DNA from: an uncultured Chloroflexia bacterium
GTDB taxonomy: Bacteria > Chloroflexota > Limnocylindria > Limnocylindrales > CSP1-4
DNA length: 64,000 nucleotides
NCBI GenBank assembly: GCA_963757055.1
Contig: CAVWPX010000003.1
Coordinates: forward strand, 1,986 to 65,985
Direction of reading: 5' to 3'
In this document: one piece after another, positions 29,256-39,535 of the stretch
Layout of the letters: each line of letters begins with the position of its first letter
Numbering within the stretch: the first letter of the stretch is position 1
Made by a program: the position numbers and the translations under genes
Notes under the pieces: generated by a model
Told to the model about the DNA's origin: nothing
Seen by the model: only the letters and a program-made list of their open reading frames with translations
The model's database searches: none

Positions 29256-29888
29256 CTAGCTCGCGTCCTCGAGCTCCTCGTCGGCGATCCCGTCGAGCCG
29301 TCGCCCCGCGTCGTCGATCGCGTCGAGCGGGTCCGCGCCACGCCGGGCGAGCGCGATCTCGATGCGGATCCCGCGCTCGTTCGCGGGCTCATGGGTCCGC
29401 CCGCGATAGCCGCGCTCGATCCGGTCGGCGACATGGCCGGCCTCGAGCTCGCCGGTCTCCGGCAGCAGGAGCAGGTATCGGCCCGGGCCGGTCGCCGTGG
29501 CGCGGTCCGTCTCGCGGGCCTCGCGGCCGAGCACGTCGAGCAGCCGCTTGCGGGCGTCGGCGCCACCGTCGCCGGTGCCCTCGATCTCAAGCACGAGGAT
29601 CGACGTCGGCCGGCCATAGCGCGCCTGGCGAACGGCCTCGCGGCGGAGGATCTCCGCCCACTCGTCCGCCGGATGCAGCTGGATGGGGCGCGGCCGGTCG
29701 GCGCGGGGGCCGCGTCCGCGGCTCCGGCGACGGGCCGTCGGCCCTTCGAGGAATGCCTCGATGGCGCCGGCCGGGTGCTCCTCGTGGTGGTGGTCGGGCA
29801 GCGAGAACTTGCGGGTCCGACGGGGAGGGCGCGCGGCCGGCGGCGTCTTGGGGGTGGGATCGTCCGCGGGCTGGGGCATGCCCGTCAA
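29256..29888 (-). CDS. hypothetical protein with degenerate GGDEF-like domain
   Basis: Intact 210-aa ORF. W..IL..E..R..RYGRPTSILVLEIEG...RYLLLLPETG...HVADRI follows the GGDEF fold pattern, but the GGDEF motif is replaced (GPGRY). Confidence 0.45.
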   Translation of the reverse strand: MTGMPQPADDPTPKTPPAARPPRRTRKFSLPDHHHEEHPAGAIEAFLEGPTARRRSRGRGPRADRPRPIQLHPADEWAEILRREAVRQARYGRPTSILVLEIEGTGDGGADARKRLLDVLGREARETDRATATGPGRYLLLLPETGELEAGHVADRIERGYRGRTHEPANERGIRIEIALARRGADPLDAIDDAGRRLDGIADEELEDAS

Positions 29889-29937
29889 GGATAGCCGGGC
29901 CGCGCCGGGAGCGGGCCGGACGGCCCGGCCGGGAGGG

Positions 29938-30864
29938 TCAGCCGGCGGAGGTCAGCCGCTGGACGCCGGCCGTGGCGAGCTTCGATTCGAACCGCTGCGC
30001 GCTCGCTTCGAGGGCGGCGAGATGCTGGACGAGCGTCTCGCGGGCGGCCTCGGCCGCGGCGTCGAGACCGGTCAGCTCGAAGATCCGCCAGTGGCGCAGG
30101 ATCGGCATCAGGACCTCGTCCCGATGGACGCGGATGTCGTAGATGCCGGCCTTCGCGATCGCGGCCGCCTTGCGCATGAAGCCCGGGATGCCGGCACCCG
30201 GCATCTCGAAGGCGAGGACCTCGGCGACGATCGCCTGGACCGCGGCCGAGGGCTGCAGCTCGATGGCGGCCGCGAGGATGTCGCGGTAGAAGACCATGTG
30301 GAGGTTCTCGTCGGCGGCGATGCGGACCATGATCTTGTCCGCCACCGGGTCTTCGGAGTAGCGGCCGGTGTTGCGGTGCGCGATCCGGGTCGCGAGCTCC
30401 TGGAACGCGACGTAGGCGAGCCCGCGGAGCGTGTCTGGCGAGTCGTGGTCGTAGCCCTGCTGGAGCTGCGCCATCCGCCCGCGCTCGAGCAGGATCGGGT
30501 CGATGTTGCGGGTGACCATGAGGTAGTCGCGCAGGACGATCGCGTGGCGACCCTCCTCGGCGGTCCAGCGCCCGACCCAGTTGATCCAGGCCCCGTCGCC
30601 CTTGCCGAACATCCCGTGGATGAGCCGGTGGTACGAGGGCAGGTTGTCCTCGGTCAGCAGGCCGATCTCGAACGCGGTCTGGGCGACGCCGGTCAGCCGC
30701 GGCTGGTCGGGCGTCCACGGCTCCTTGTCGAAGTCGCGGCCGAGCCGGTACGGGATGAAGTCGTGGGGGAACCACTCCTGCGCGACCTTCGCGTGACGGT
30801 CGTACAGGCGGCCGGCCACCGGCTCGAGGTCATGCAGCAGCGCTTGCTCGTCGTAGTCCGGCAC
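29938..30864 (-). CDS. acyl-ACP desaturase (DesA-type di-iron enzyme)
   Basis: Intact 308-aa ORF. Di-iron ligand motifs AEEGRHAIVL and ADENLHMVFY. Confidence 0.85.
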   Translation of the reverse strand: MPDYDEQALLHDLEPVAGRLYDRHAKVAQEWFPHDFIPYRLGRDFDKEPWTPDQPRLTGVAQTAFEIGLLTEDNLPSYHRLIHGMFGKGDGAWINWVGRWTAEEGRHAIVLRDYLMVTRNIDPILLERGRMAQLQQGYDHDSPDTLRGLAYVAFQELATRIAHRNTGRYSEDPVADKIMVRIAADENLHMVFYRDILAAAIELQPSAAVQAIVAEVLAFEMPGAGIPGFMRKAAAIAKAGIYDIRVHRDEVLMPILRHWRIFELTGLDAAAEAARETLVQHLAALEASAQRFESKLATAGVQRLTSAG

Positions 30865-30977
30865 GTCGAAAGCCTAGTCGCCTTGAGCGCGCGCCGTTCC
30901 TGCGATCCATGCGCACCTGCATGGGCACCCTCGTGGGGAGGTGCCGCCGCGGCCGGGCGTCGCGTAGGCTTCGCCCG

Positions 30978-31764
30978 ATGCGAACGGTGACCGCGACCCG
31001 CTACGTGACCGCGCTGCGCGAGGGCGGCTCGCTGCCCGGGCTGGTCGAGGGCGACGACGACGGCCTCTACGTCGTCAAGTTCCATGGCGCCGGCCAGGGA
31101 CCGCGTGCGCTGGTGGCCGAATGGGTCGGGGGCGAGCTCGCGCGCCACGTCGGGCTGACGGTGCCCGAGCTGGTCGGCGTCGTGCTCGATCCGGCGCTCG
31201 GCGACGCCGAGCCGCACCAGGAGATCCAGGACCTGGTCCGCGCCAGCGGCGGACTCAACCTCGGCCTGGACTTCCTGCCCGGGGCGGTGATGTACAACCC
31301 GGCCGCCACGACCTCGCTCGCGGCCATGGATCCCGCGACCGCCGCGGACATCGTCTGGCTCGACGGGCTGATCACCAACCCCGACCGGACCGCCCAGAAC
31401 CCGAACCTGCTGGTCTGGCACGGCCGGTCCTGGCTGATCGACCACGGGGCGGCGCTCTACATCCACCACACCTGGCGCGAGCCCGAGGCGCACGCCCGGC
31501 GGCCGTTCGAGCGGCTGGCCGACCACGTCCTGCTGCCGGTCGCGGGCTCGCTGGTCGAGGCGGACGCGCGGCTGGCGGGGAAGCTCGACCGCGAGCGGCA
31601 TCGGGGCGATCGTGGCGGAGATCCCGGACGCGTGGCTCCCGCCGGATCCGGTCGCCGGGGACGCCGAGGCCCAGCGCCGGCTGTACGTCGAGTACCTCAC
31701 GCGGCGGCTCGCGTCGCCGCGTCCGTTCCTCGAGGAGGCCGAGCGTGCCCGCGCCGCCGCGTGA
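30978..31764 (+). pseudogene. HipA-like kinase-family protein, one frame switch near 31595
   Basis: ATG 30978. YVVKFHGAGQGPRALVAEWVGGELA and catalytic-loop-like LITNPDRTAQNPNLLVW. The C-terminal part IGAIVAEIPDAWLPPDP...PFLEEAERARAAA continues in the next frame to TGA 31762-31764. Length is 3n+1. Confidence 0.6.
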
Positions 31765-32134
31765 CGTCTTCCAGTACGCGCTGATCCGCGTCGTGCCGCG
31801 CGTCGAGCGCGGCGAGCAGCTCAACGTCGGGGTGATCCTGCTCAGCCGGGGGAAGCGCTACCTCGGCGCGAGGATCGAGCTCGACGAGGCGCGCGTGGCG
31901 GCGGTCGCCCCCGACCTCGACCTCGCGACCGTGCGCTCGCACCTCGACGCGATCGAGCGGATCGCCGCGGGCGACGCCTCGGCAGGGCCGATCGCCCGGC
32001 TCGAGCCCGCGGAGCGGTTCCACTGGCTGGTGTCGCCGTCGAGCACGATCATCCAGGCGTCGGAAGTGCATACCGGGCTGTCCGACGACCCGGCCGGGGA
32101 GCTGGATCAGCTCGTGGAGAAGCTGGTCCGCTAG
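31745..32134 (+). CDS. DUF3037-domain protein
   Basis: GTG 31745 overlaps the upstream gene by 20 nt. FQYALIRVVPRVERGEQLNVGVILLS... is the typical family N-terminus. Intact to 32134. Confidence 0.7.
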   Translation: MPAPPRDVFQYALIRVVPRVERGEQLNVGVILLSRGKRYLGARIELDEARVAAVAPDLDLATVRSHLDAIERIAAGDASAGPIARLEPAERFHWLVSPSSTIIQASEVHTGLSDDPAGELDQLVEKLVR

Positions 32135-32153
32135 CGGGAGCCGGTCGAGCCGG

Positions 32154-32535
32154 TCAGGCGGCCTTGTCGAGGATCGTGACCTCGATCATCGGCGAGTACG
32201 CCGTCATGACCTCGGGATCCTGGTTCCGCCACGCGTTCGCGGCGATCCACGTGGCGAGCGCTCGCCGCTCGCCCGGGTCCGTGATCACGCGGGCGGTCGC
32301 GGGCAGGTCCGCGCTGACCGCGCCCTTGAGGTGGAACGTCATGTGCGGGTCCGCCGCGAGGTTCAGGAGCCATGCGCGCTCGCGGTCGGCGACGGGCGAG
32401 CCCGAGATGTAGAGCCGGCCGTCGATGTTGTGGAAGACGATCTCGACGCGGCGCGGCTGCGCCCGACCGGCGGCCGGTCGTCGTGATGTCGATGGTGTGG
32501 CCGCGGCTGAGTGCGCGGCTGATGCGGTCGTCCAT
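32154..32535 (-). pseudogene. DUF385 / nitroreductase-family deazaflavin-dependent oxidoreductase, one frame switch near 32455
   Basis: MDDRISRALSRGHTIDITTTGRRSG, then PRRVEIVFHNIDGRLYISGSPV...MTFHLKG... in the frame of ORF 32154..32342. Length is 3n+1. Confidence 0.6.
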
Positions 32536-32625
32536 GGGTTCGAGGCTCCGGTTCGCTGGGACGCGAGATAGTTGCGTCTGCAACGAGTGTACGCCCAGGA
32601 CCGGCGCGCCGCAACCCTGGCGCGG

Positions 32626-33216
32626 CTACGCCTTCTTGGCCGCGGCCTGCGCCTTGAGCTCGGCCTTCTTCGCGCGCTTCCCCGCCTGGTAGGCGGCGAG
32701 CGACTCCGGGGAGTCCACGTCGGCGAGCGTCGGATGCGTGGGCACCACGGCCTCCCAGCCTGGCGGACGGACGCCGAACCGCTTCGTCAGGATCGCGACG
32801 AGGGTCTTCGCCTTCATCGAGCCGATGCCCGGCAGGCTCAGCAGCCGCGCCTCGAGGTCCTTCCCGCTGGCCGCCTCGGTCCAGACCCGGCTGGCGTCGT
32901 TGCCGTACTCGTCGGCGATCGCCCGGCAGAGCTCCTGGACGCGGCCCGCCATCGCGCCCGGGAAGCGGTGGAGCGCCGGCGGCGTCCGGAAGACCTGGTC
33001 GAGCGCGGCCGGGTCCATCGCGGCGATCCGCGCCGCGTCGAGATGCCCGAGGCGCTCCTTCAGCACGGCCGGGCCGCTGAACGCCTTCTGGACCGTCACC
33101 TGCTGGTCGAGCTCGAAGCCGATGAGGAGCGCCAGCGGCTCGCTGACGAGGAGGCGGTCCGCGGCGTCGTCGCCGGTGAACGCCAGGGAGGTGGTCGTCT
33201 CGGTCATGGCGGTCAT
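32626..33216 (-). CDS. HhH-GPD-type base-excision DNA repair protein with Lys/Ala-rich tail
   Basis: Intact 196-aa ORF. Helix-hairpin-helix LLSLPGIGSMKAKTLVAIL. Confidence 0.7.
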   Translation of the reverse strand: MTAMTETTTSLAFTGDDAADRLLVSEPLALLIGFELDQQVTVQKAFSGPAVLKERLGHLDAARIAAMDPAALDQVFRTPPALHRFPGAMAGRVQELCRAIADEYGNDASRVWTEAASGKDLEARLLSLPGIGSMKAKTLVAILTKRFGVRPPGWEAVVPTHPTLADVDSPESLAAYQAGKRAKKAELKAQAAAKKA

Positions 33217-33280
33217 GGTAGCCGGACCGCCCGGCGCACCGCGACCAGGGACCGGCCATCGCGGCCGCTACGCTGGCGGC

Positions 33281-34502
33281 ATGGCCGAGCGGATCCTGAT
33301 CGACGCGCCCCACCTCCTCGACGTCGTCGACGGCCGCTGGCTGGCCGACCGGCGGATCCTCGTGGCCGACGGTCGGATCGAGGCGATCCTGGGTCCGGAC
33401 GACGCGGTCCCCGACGACGCGCGCCCGCTCGCGATCGAGGGCGACTGGGTCGTCCCCGGGCTCATCGACTGCCACGCCCACCTCGTCGGGCGAGATGGAG
33501 TACGCCGGGATCCCCGCGATCGACGTCAGCCCGGCCCAGGAGGCGATGAGCGGCGTCCGCAACGCCCGCGACACGCTGCGTGCCGGGTTCACCACGGTGC
33601 GCGATGTCGGGACGTTCTGGGCCTTCGTGGACGTCGCCCTGCGCGACGCGATCGACCGCGGCTGGACGCCCGGGCCGCGGATGCAGTGCGCCGGCGGCTA
33701 CATCACGTGCCCGGGCGGCGGCGGCGAGGTCACCGGCGAGGCGCCATCGATGGGCCTCCCGGACGGGCTCCGCGTCGGGATCGTCCGGGACGAGGCCGAG
33801 GTCCGCACCAAGGTCCGGACGCTGATCGCGGGCGGCGCCGACCTGATCAAGTGCATCGTCACCGGCGCCGTGCTGACCCGCGGGACGGACCCGGGCGCCG
33901 TCGAGCTGTCGGAGGCCATGGTCCGCGCCGCGGTCGAGGAGGCGGCCGCGCAGGGCCGGTTCGTCGCGGCGCATGCGCACGGCGCCGAGGGCATCAAGCT
34001 CGCGATCCGGGCCGGCGTCCGCTCGATCGAGCACGCGTCGCTCATCGACGACGAGGGGATCGCGATGCTCGTCGAGCACGGCACGTACCTCGTCGCGGAC
34101 GTGTACGACGGCGACTGGATCAACGAGGCGGGCGCCCGCGACGGGTGGCCGGCCGAGACCATGGCGAAGAACGTCCAGACCACCGAGGCGCAGCGTGCCG
34201 CGTTCACCAAGGCGGTGGCCGCCGGGGTCCGGATCGCCTACGGCACCGACAGCGGCGTGTATCCGCACCCGATGGTCGCGATCCAGCTGGGCTACCAGGT
34301 CCGGCTCGGCCAGACCCCGATGCAGGCGCTGCGCTCCGCGACGCAGACCGCCGCCGAGCTGATGGGCTGGGAGGACCGCGTCGGGTCGCTGCGGCCCGGG
34401 CGCTTCGCGGACCTCGTCGCGGTCCGCTCGGACCCGCTCGAGGGCATCGACGTGCTGCGCGACCCGGCGACCGTCGTCAAGGGCGGCGTCCGGGTCGACT
34501 GA
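33281..34502 (+). pseudogene. metal-dependent amidohydrolase (imidazolonepropionase/prolidase-like), one frame switch at G run 33488-33490
   Basis: ATG 33281. GLIDCHAHLVG, then EMEYAGIP... in ORF 33495..34502. AAHAHGAEGI and YGTDSGV motifs. Length is 3n+1. Confidence 0.75.
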
Positions 34503-34665
34503 GGCGGCGGCCCGGGTGACGGGTCGTCGATCGTCCATGCCGATCGGGTCCGTTCGTCGCGCTCGTCGAGCGGGCGTTCGTCCGCTGGCCCGGCGAGCGC
34601 GCGGGACGACACTCCGGTCAGCGAGGTGGTCATGCCGGCCGCCAGCGACGAAAGGAGTCGACCGA

Positions 34666-34785
34666 ATGTCCGCACAGCACCAGATGCTCTGGCCGAACGA
34701 CAGCGGCCTGCTCTCGAGCGCGCTGGTCGTCCTCATGGCGATCCTCGCCATGCTCGGCGTCATCGCCCACGCGGCCGCCGCCTAG
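34666..34785 (+). CDS. small hydrophobic peptide (39 aa, one TM)
   Basis: AAAGGAG at 34651-34657, 8 nt before ATG 34666. MSAQHQMLWPNDSGLLSSALVVLMAILAMLGVIAHAAAA. Confidence 0.45.
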   Translation: MSAQHQMLWPNDSGLLSSALVVLMAILAMLGVIAHAAAA

Positions 34786-34884
34786 GCGGAGCCGCCTCCG
34801 GGCACGAGCCAGAGCACACCACCACGAGTCATCGGCCCCGGCCGGACGTCGGTCCGGACCGGGGCCTCCGTGCATCGTCGGGGG

Positions 34885-35736
34885 TCAGCTCCCGGCGCGG
34901 ACGGCCGAGGCCGTCATCGTGAGCCGCCCCACCACCGAGTGGTAGTAGCGGCTGGCCGCGTACGGATCCAGCCAGGCCGTGAAGCCGGAGGTCCGCTTCG
35001 AGGCGAAGCGGAAGTCCGCACGACCCGAGAAGGCCGGGTCCGTCGTGAAGATCTGCGCGATGGTGTGGCTGGTCGTCAGCAGCTGACGGATGATCGAGGT
35101 CAGGCTGTCCATGCCGTTCGCGAAGACCGCCCGGGCGCCGGCCCGGAGGAACCCGCCCGCGAAGTAGTCGACCCTCGTGCTCGCGACGGACTTGGTCGGG
35201 AGCGCCCGTCCGGGCTCGGAGTTGCCGGCCGCGTAGCAGAGATGGTTCAGCAGCACGACGGCGTTCTTGTCGAACCTGAGATACGTCCGGACGTAGCTCT
35301 CGCCGTAGTACTTGAGATTGGAGTTCCCGTGGCCGGCCGAGGCGTTGAGCCCCAACCCGTCCCTCGTCGTCGCCCGGAAGGCGCCATACGGGCTCGGGTA
35401 GCCGTTGCCGTGGCCGAGGTAGATGAAGATGTTCGCGCCGCGCGCGGCGGTCCGCACCCGCGACCAGGTGGCATTGGGGCTGTAGATCTCGGTGACCGAG
35501 GCGCCGAGGGAGCGGGCGGTCTTCGCGTAGCTCCTGGCGTTGCTGATGTATCGGGCGGTCTGGCCTTCGACGGGGCCGACGACGATGACGACCTTGACCC
35601 CGGAGGCGGCGGCCGCGGCCTGCGGCTGGAACGCGGCGGATCCCGCGGCCAGGGCCAGGGCCAGCACTGGAAGGATGAACAGGCGCAGCCTGCTGGTGGA
35701 GGACGCCCGCTGGGCGCCGCTTGTCTGGAACGGCAA
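34885..35736 (-). CDS. secreted hypothetical protein with caspase/gingipain-like His...Cys pattern
   Basis: GAGAGGAGG 8 nt before TTG 35736. Signal peptide LFILPVLALALAAGSAAF. Strand-then-catalytic-residue pattern IFIYLGHGN and VVLLNHLCYAAG. Confidence 0.6.
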   Translation of the reverse strand: MPFQTSGAQRASSTSRLRLFILPVLALALAAGSAAFQPQAAAAASGVKVVIVVGPVEGQTARYISNARSYAKTARSLGASVTEIYSPNATWSRVRTAARGANIFIYLGHGNGYPSPYGAFRATTRDGLGLNASAGHGNSNLKYYGESYVRTYLRFDKNAVVLLNHLCYAAGNSEPGRALPTKSVASTRVDYFAGGFLRAGARAVFANGMDSLTSIIRQLLTTSHTIAQIFTTDPAFSGRADFRFASKRTSGFTAWLDPYAASRYYHSVVGRLTMTASAVRAGS

Positions 35737-36207
35737 GACTCTTGCCTCCTCTCTGCCGGAACACCGCGCGGAGGAGCGCGGTGACGGTCGGTGGTGCCGC
35801 CGGCGGCAGTGGGGCGCGGTCGCGCGTGACGGGTGGCACGGGACGGATCGGTGAGCGATCGTTCCGCGCGAGGGACCGGGTGAGCCGGTCCGGGAGCCGT
35901 CGAGCGCGATGACCCGACGAGATTGACAGGGGTCCTGCCGTGGGGGGCGGCGTCTTCGGTTGTGCCTGTCTGTCGGGTCGGCCTTTTGGGGGTCGGCGGC
36001 CAGTATGGCACGGACCGGCGCTCCGGCCACCCCGACCTTCCGCTGGGCGGGACAGCGACGAACGGGCGGGCGCACGGGTGCACCACCGATTTCCGGTATG
36101 CTCCGGGCGGCCCTCGACCGGCGCTCTGTCCCGCGCCGGCGATCGGGACCTTGCCGTCGCGATGACCCAGCCCCAGGACGCGACGGGATCTCCAGGCAGG
36201 AGCCCGC

Positions 36208-37474
36208 TTGACGTTCGACTCGCTCGGCCTCTCGGCCGATCTCCTCCGCACCGTCGCTGAGGAAGGCTACACCGCCCCCACCCCCGTCCAGACCGCGGCC
36301 ATCCCGCTCGTCCTGGAAGGCCGCGACGTCCTCGCCGCCGCCCAGACCGGCACGGGCAAGACCGCCGCCTTCGTCCTCCCGATCCTCGACCGGCTGCGCG
36401 CGCACGCCAACACGAGCTTCTCGCCGGCCCGCCACCCGGTGCGCGTGCTGATCCTCGTCCCGACCCGCGAGCTCGCGATGCAGGTCGACGCCAGCGTCGC
36501 CACGTACGGGCGCACGGTGCCGCTGCGCTCGACGGTCGTCTACGGCGGGATCCCGATGGACCCCCAGATCAAGGCCCTGCGCAGCGGCGTCGAGATCCTC
36601 GTCGCGACGCCCGGGCCGGCTGCTCGACCTCGTCGGCCAGAAGGTCGCGAACCTCGGCCAGGTCGAGATCCTCGTCCTCGACGAGGCGGACCGCATGCTC
36701 GACATGGGCTTCCTGCCGGACATCCAGCGGATCATCGCGCTGCTCCCGGCGAAGCGGCAGAACCTGATGTTCTCGGCGACGTTCTCCGACGACATCCGGC
36801 GGCTCTCGGGCACGATCCTGCGCGACCCGGCGACCGTCGAGGTCGCCGCGCGGAACCAGGTCGCGGAGGACGTCAAGCAGCTGGTCTACCCGGTCGACCG
36901 CGACCGCAAGGAGGCCCTGCTCGCCCACCTGATCCGCACCTACGACCTCCACCAGGTGCTGGTCTTCACGCGGACCAAGCTCGCCGCGAGCCGGCTGGCG
37001 ACGCGGCTGGACCGCGAGGGGATCGATGCGGTCGCCATCCACTCGGACCGCTCGCAGCCCGAGCGGACGCGGGCGCTCGAGGGCTTCAAGAACGGGGAGA
37101 TCCGCGTGCTGGTGGCGACGGACGTCGCCGCCCGCGGCCTCGACATCGAGGACCTGCCGGTCGTCGTCAACTTCGAGCTGCCGTGGAACCCGCAGGACTA
37201 CATCCACCGCATCGGGCGGACCGGCCGGGCCGGCGCGACCGGCGAGGCGATCTCGCTGGTGTGCATGGACGAGGTCGACCTGCTGCGCGGCGTCCAGCGG
37301 CTGCTCAAGAAGGCCATCCCCTGGACCGTCGAGGAGGGCTTCGTCCCGGACCGCAATGTCGAGACCCGGCCGCTGTCGCTGCGGGCGGGCGGGCACGCGC
37401 GAACGGGCGAGCACCATGCGCACCGGAAGCCGGTCCACCGCTCCGGCAGCGTCGGGAGCGGCCGCCGCCGCTGA
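36208..37474 (+). pseudogene. DEAD-box ATP-dependent RNA helicase (RhlE/DeaD-like), one frame switch at G run 36613-36615
   Basis: AGGAG then TTG 36208. Motifs AQTGTGKT, (frame change) [21 protein letters not shown]. Length is 3n+1. Confidence 0.85.
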
Positions 37475-37515
37475 GCGTCGGCCGTCGTGGCCGACGTCGT
37501 GCGCTCACCCGGCGA

Positions 37516-38112
37516 TCAGGCGGACGCGGCCTCGGGCGCACCCTGGCCGGCTGCGGGGATCCCGTCGGCCGGGCCAGTCCCGCCGGGCGTCGTTGGCGCC
37601 GGCTCCGGGTCGGGGAGCCCGTCCATGACCGCCCCCGGGAAGAAGAACCCGAGCATCAGGTCGGCGGTCACGCGTTCCACGCTGTAGCGGTTCACGAACG
37701 CATACGGGCACATGACCGCGGTGTCGTTCGAGCCGTCGGCGAGGTCGAGCCGGACGTCGCGGAGGAGGACGAACTCGCCGCTCGGACGGGTCAGGGCGCG
37801 ACCCGGATCGAACCCAGGAAGGGTCGGCAGCTCCCCGGCGATCAGGTACGGGCCGACGACGAGGCTGATCGGGTGGAAGGCCGCGTGGACCGCGGTCGAC
37901 GGGTCCTCGTCGGCCACGGCGATCAGCAGGTCGTCGATCGGGATCGTGGCCGTGCTGCCCGTCCGCGGGTCCACGCCGCCGAGCGAGGCCCACGACGCGT
38001 CGGTGACGGTCAGCTCCGGGGCGTGCTCGATCTGGGTCCGCAGGTGCTCGGCACCCTCCACGGTCCCGCTGACGATCCCCCCAGCGGTGTAGGCATCGAC
38101 TCGGATGGACAT
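37516..38112 (-). CDS. hypothetical protein (198 aa)
   Basis: GAGGA before ATG 38112 (the listed ORF starts at 38169). Protein-like composition. No recognisable motif. Confidence 0.5.
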   Translation of the reverse strand: MSIRVDAYTAGGIVSGTVEGAEHLRTQIEHAPELTVTDASWASLGGVDPRTGSTATIPIDDLLIAVADEDPSTAVHAAFHPISLVVGPYLIAGELPTLPGFDPGRALTRPSGEFVLLRDVRLDLADGSNDTAVMCPYAFVNRYSVERVTADLMLGFFFPGAVMDGLPDPEPAPTTPGGTGPADGIPAAGQGAPEAASA

Positions 38113-38215
38113 CGAGTCCTCGCGAAGCGTGCGGCCAGACTGCCGGTCGCGCGCCCGCGTGCGATGCATCCGGTCGTACCCACGGCCGCATCCGGTCGTA
38201 CGGGCGCGACCGGTC

Positions 38216-39490
38216 TCAGTAGGCGGGGACGGGGCTCGCAGCCGGGGCGGCGGACGGCGGCGGGACCGCGGGTGGCGCGCCAGCCGGCGCCAGGGCGAGG
38301 CGCAGCAGCGAATCGGCGATCGGGGCCGGATCCGTCCGGCTCTGGTTCGTGAGCACGGCGATCGCCATGTGCTCCGAGGGGAGCCAGCGGACGATCGAGC
38401 GGAACCCGAGCAGCCGGCCCGTATGGCCGAGCGCCCGCCGGCCCGCGATGTCGACCGACTGGATGCCGAGGCCGTACGGGAGCGTCGCCTTGCGCGCGCC
38501 GGTCGCCGCCACGTCGACGAGCATCCCGACGCGGGTCATCGGCGCGAGCACGCTCCCGCTGTACAGCGCCTTCGCCCAATGGACGAGATCCTCGGGCGTG
38601 GATGCCACCGAGCCCGCGGCGCCCCCGGCCGTCACCACCGAGGTGAAGGGCATCATCGGCGACCCGTCGGAGAGGTCGATGGCCTTGGCCGCCAGCCCGG
38701 CCTGCGCATACCGGTAGCCGTGGGCGACCGGGCCGGCCGGCTGCTCGCCGATCTGCTCGTAGGTGTGCGCGAGCCCGAGCGGCCCGAAGAACCGCGTCCG
38801 CAGCTGGACGGCCAGCGGCTGCCCGCCGACCTGCTCGGCGACCAGCCCGAGGAGCAGGTAGTTCGTGTTCGAGTAGTGGAAGCTCCCGCCGGGCTTGGAG
38901 AAGGGCGGCCGCCCGACGTACTTGAGCGACCGGGCGGCGGTCCAGACCCGGCTTCGCGCGCTCTGGAGCGCCTTGTCGATGCGCGCGTCGAGGAAGAAGT
39001 CGCGAAGCCCGCTCGTGTGGTCGAGCAGACGGCCGACGGTGATCTTCGGGTCGAGGTGGAGCGCCGGGAGGATGCTCGCGACCGAGGTGCCGAGGCGGAG
39101 CTTGCCCTCGTCGCAGAGCGCCAGGATCAGCGCCGAGGTGAACGTCTTGCTGACGCTCGCCACCGCGAAGGCCGTCTCGGGCGTGACCTTCGTGAGGGTC
39201 GCGATGTCGGCGAGGCCGCCCGTCCCGCGCCAGACGGTCCCGTCGGGGAAGAGGATCGCCGCGGAGATGCCGGGGATGGCCGACCGGAGCCGCAGCCGCT
39301 CGAGGCGAGCCTGGAGCGACGCCTCCAGCGCCGGCGAGGCCGTGCCACCGGGGGCACTCGCCGGGACGGCGTGCGCGGACCGGGTCGCGGACGACGCGAC
39401 GAGGGCGGCATCGGCCGGGGCGATCGCGAGCGGGGAGGCGGCGGCCGCGAGCCCGATGACCAGGGCGGCGGTCGTCAGGCGACGGTCCAT
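38216..39490 (-). CDS. secreted serine hydrolase, class C beta-lactamase / DD-peptidase family
   Basis: ATG 39490 ([28 protein letters not shown] signal). SxxK as SVSKTF, YxN as YSNTNY, HTG late in the sequence. Confidence 0.8.
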   Translation of the reverse strand: MDRRLTTAALVIGLAAAASPLAIAPADAALVASSATRSAHAVPASAPGGTASPALEASLQARLERLRLRSAIPGISAAILFPDGTVWRGTGGLADIATLTKVTPETAFAVASVSKTFTSALILALCDEGKLRLGTSVASILPALHLDPKITVGRLLDHTSGLRDFFLDARIDKALQSARSRVWTAARSLKYVGRPPFSKPGGSFHYSNTNYLLLGLVAEQVGGQPLAVQLRTRFFGPLGLAHTYEQIGEQPAGPVAHGYRYAQAGLAAKAIDLSDGSPMMPFTSVVTAGGAAGSVASTPEDLVHWAKALYSGSVLAPMTRVGMLVDVAATGARKATLPYGLGIQSVDIAGRRALGHTGRLLGFRSIVRWLPSEHMAIAVLTNQSRTDPAPIADSLLRLALAPAGAPPAVPPPSAAPAASPVPAY

Positions 39491-39535
39491 GTCCGACGCA
39501 CGATACCCCGGGTCCGCCGCGGGTACCATCGGGCG

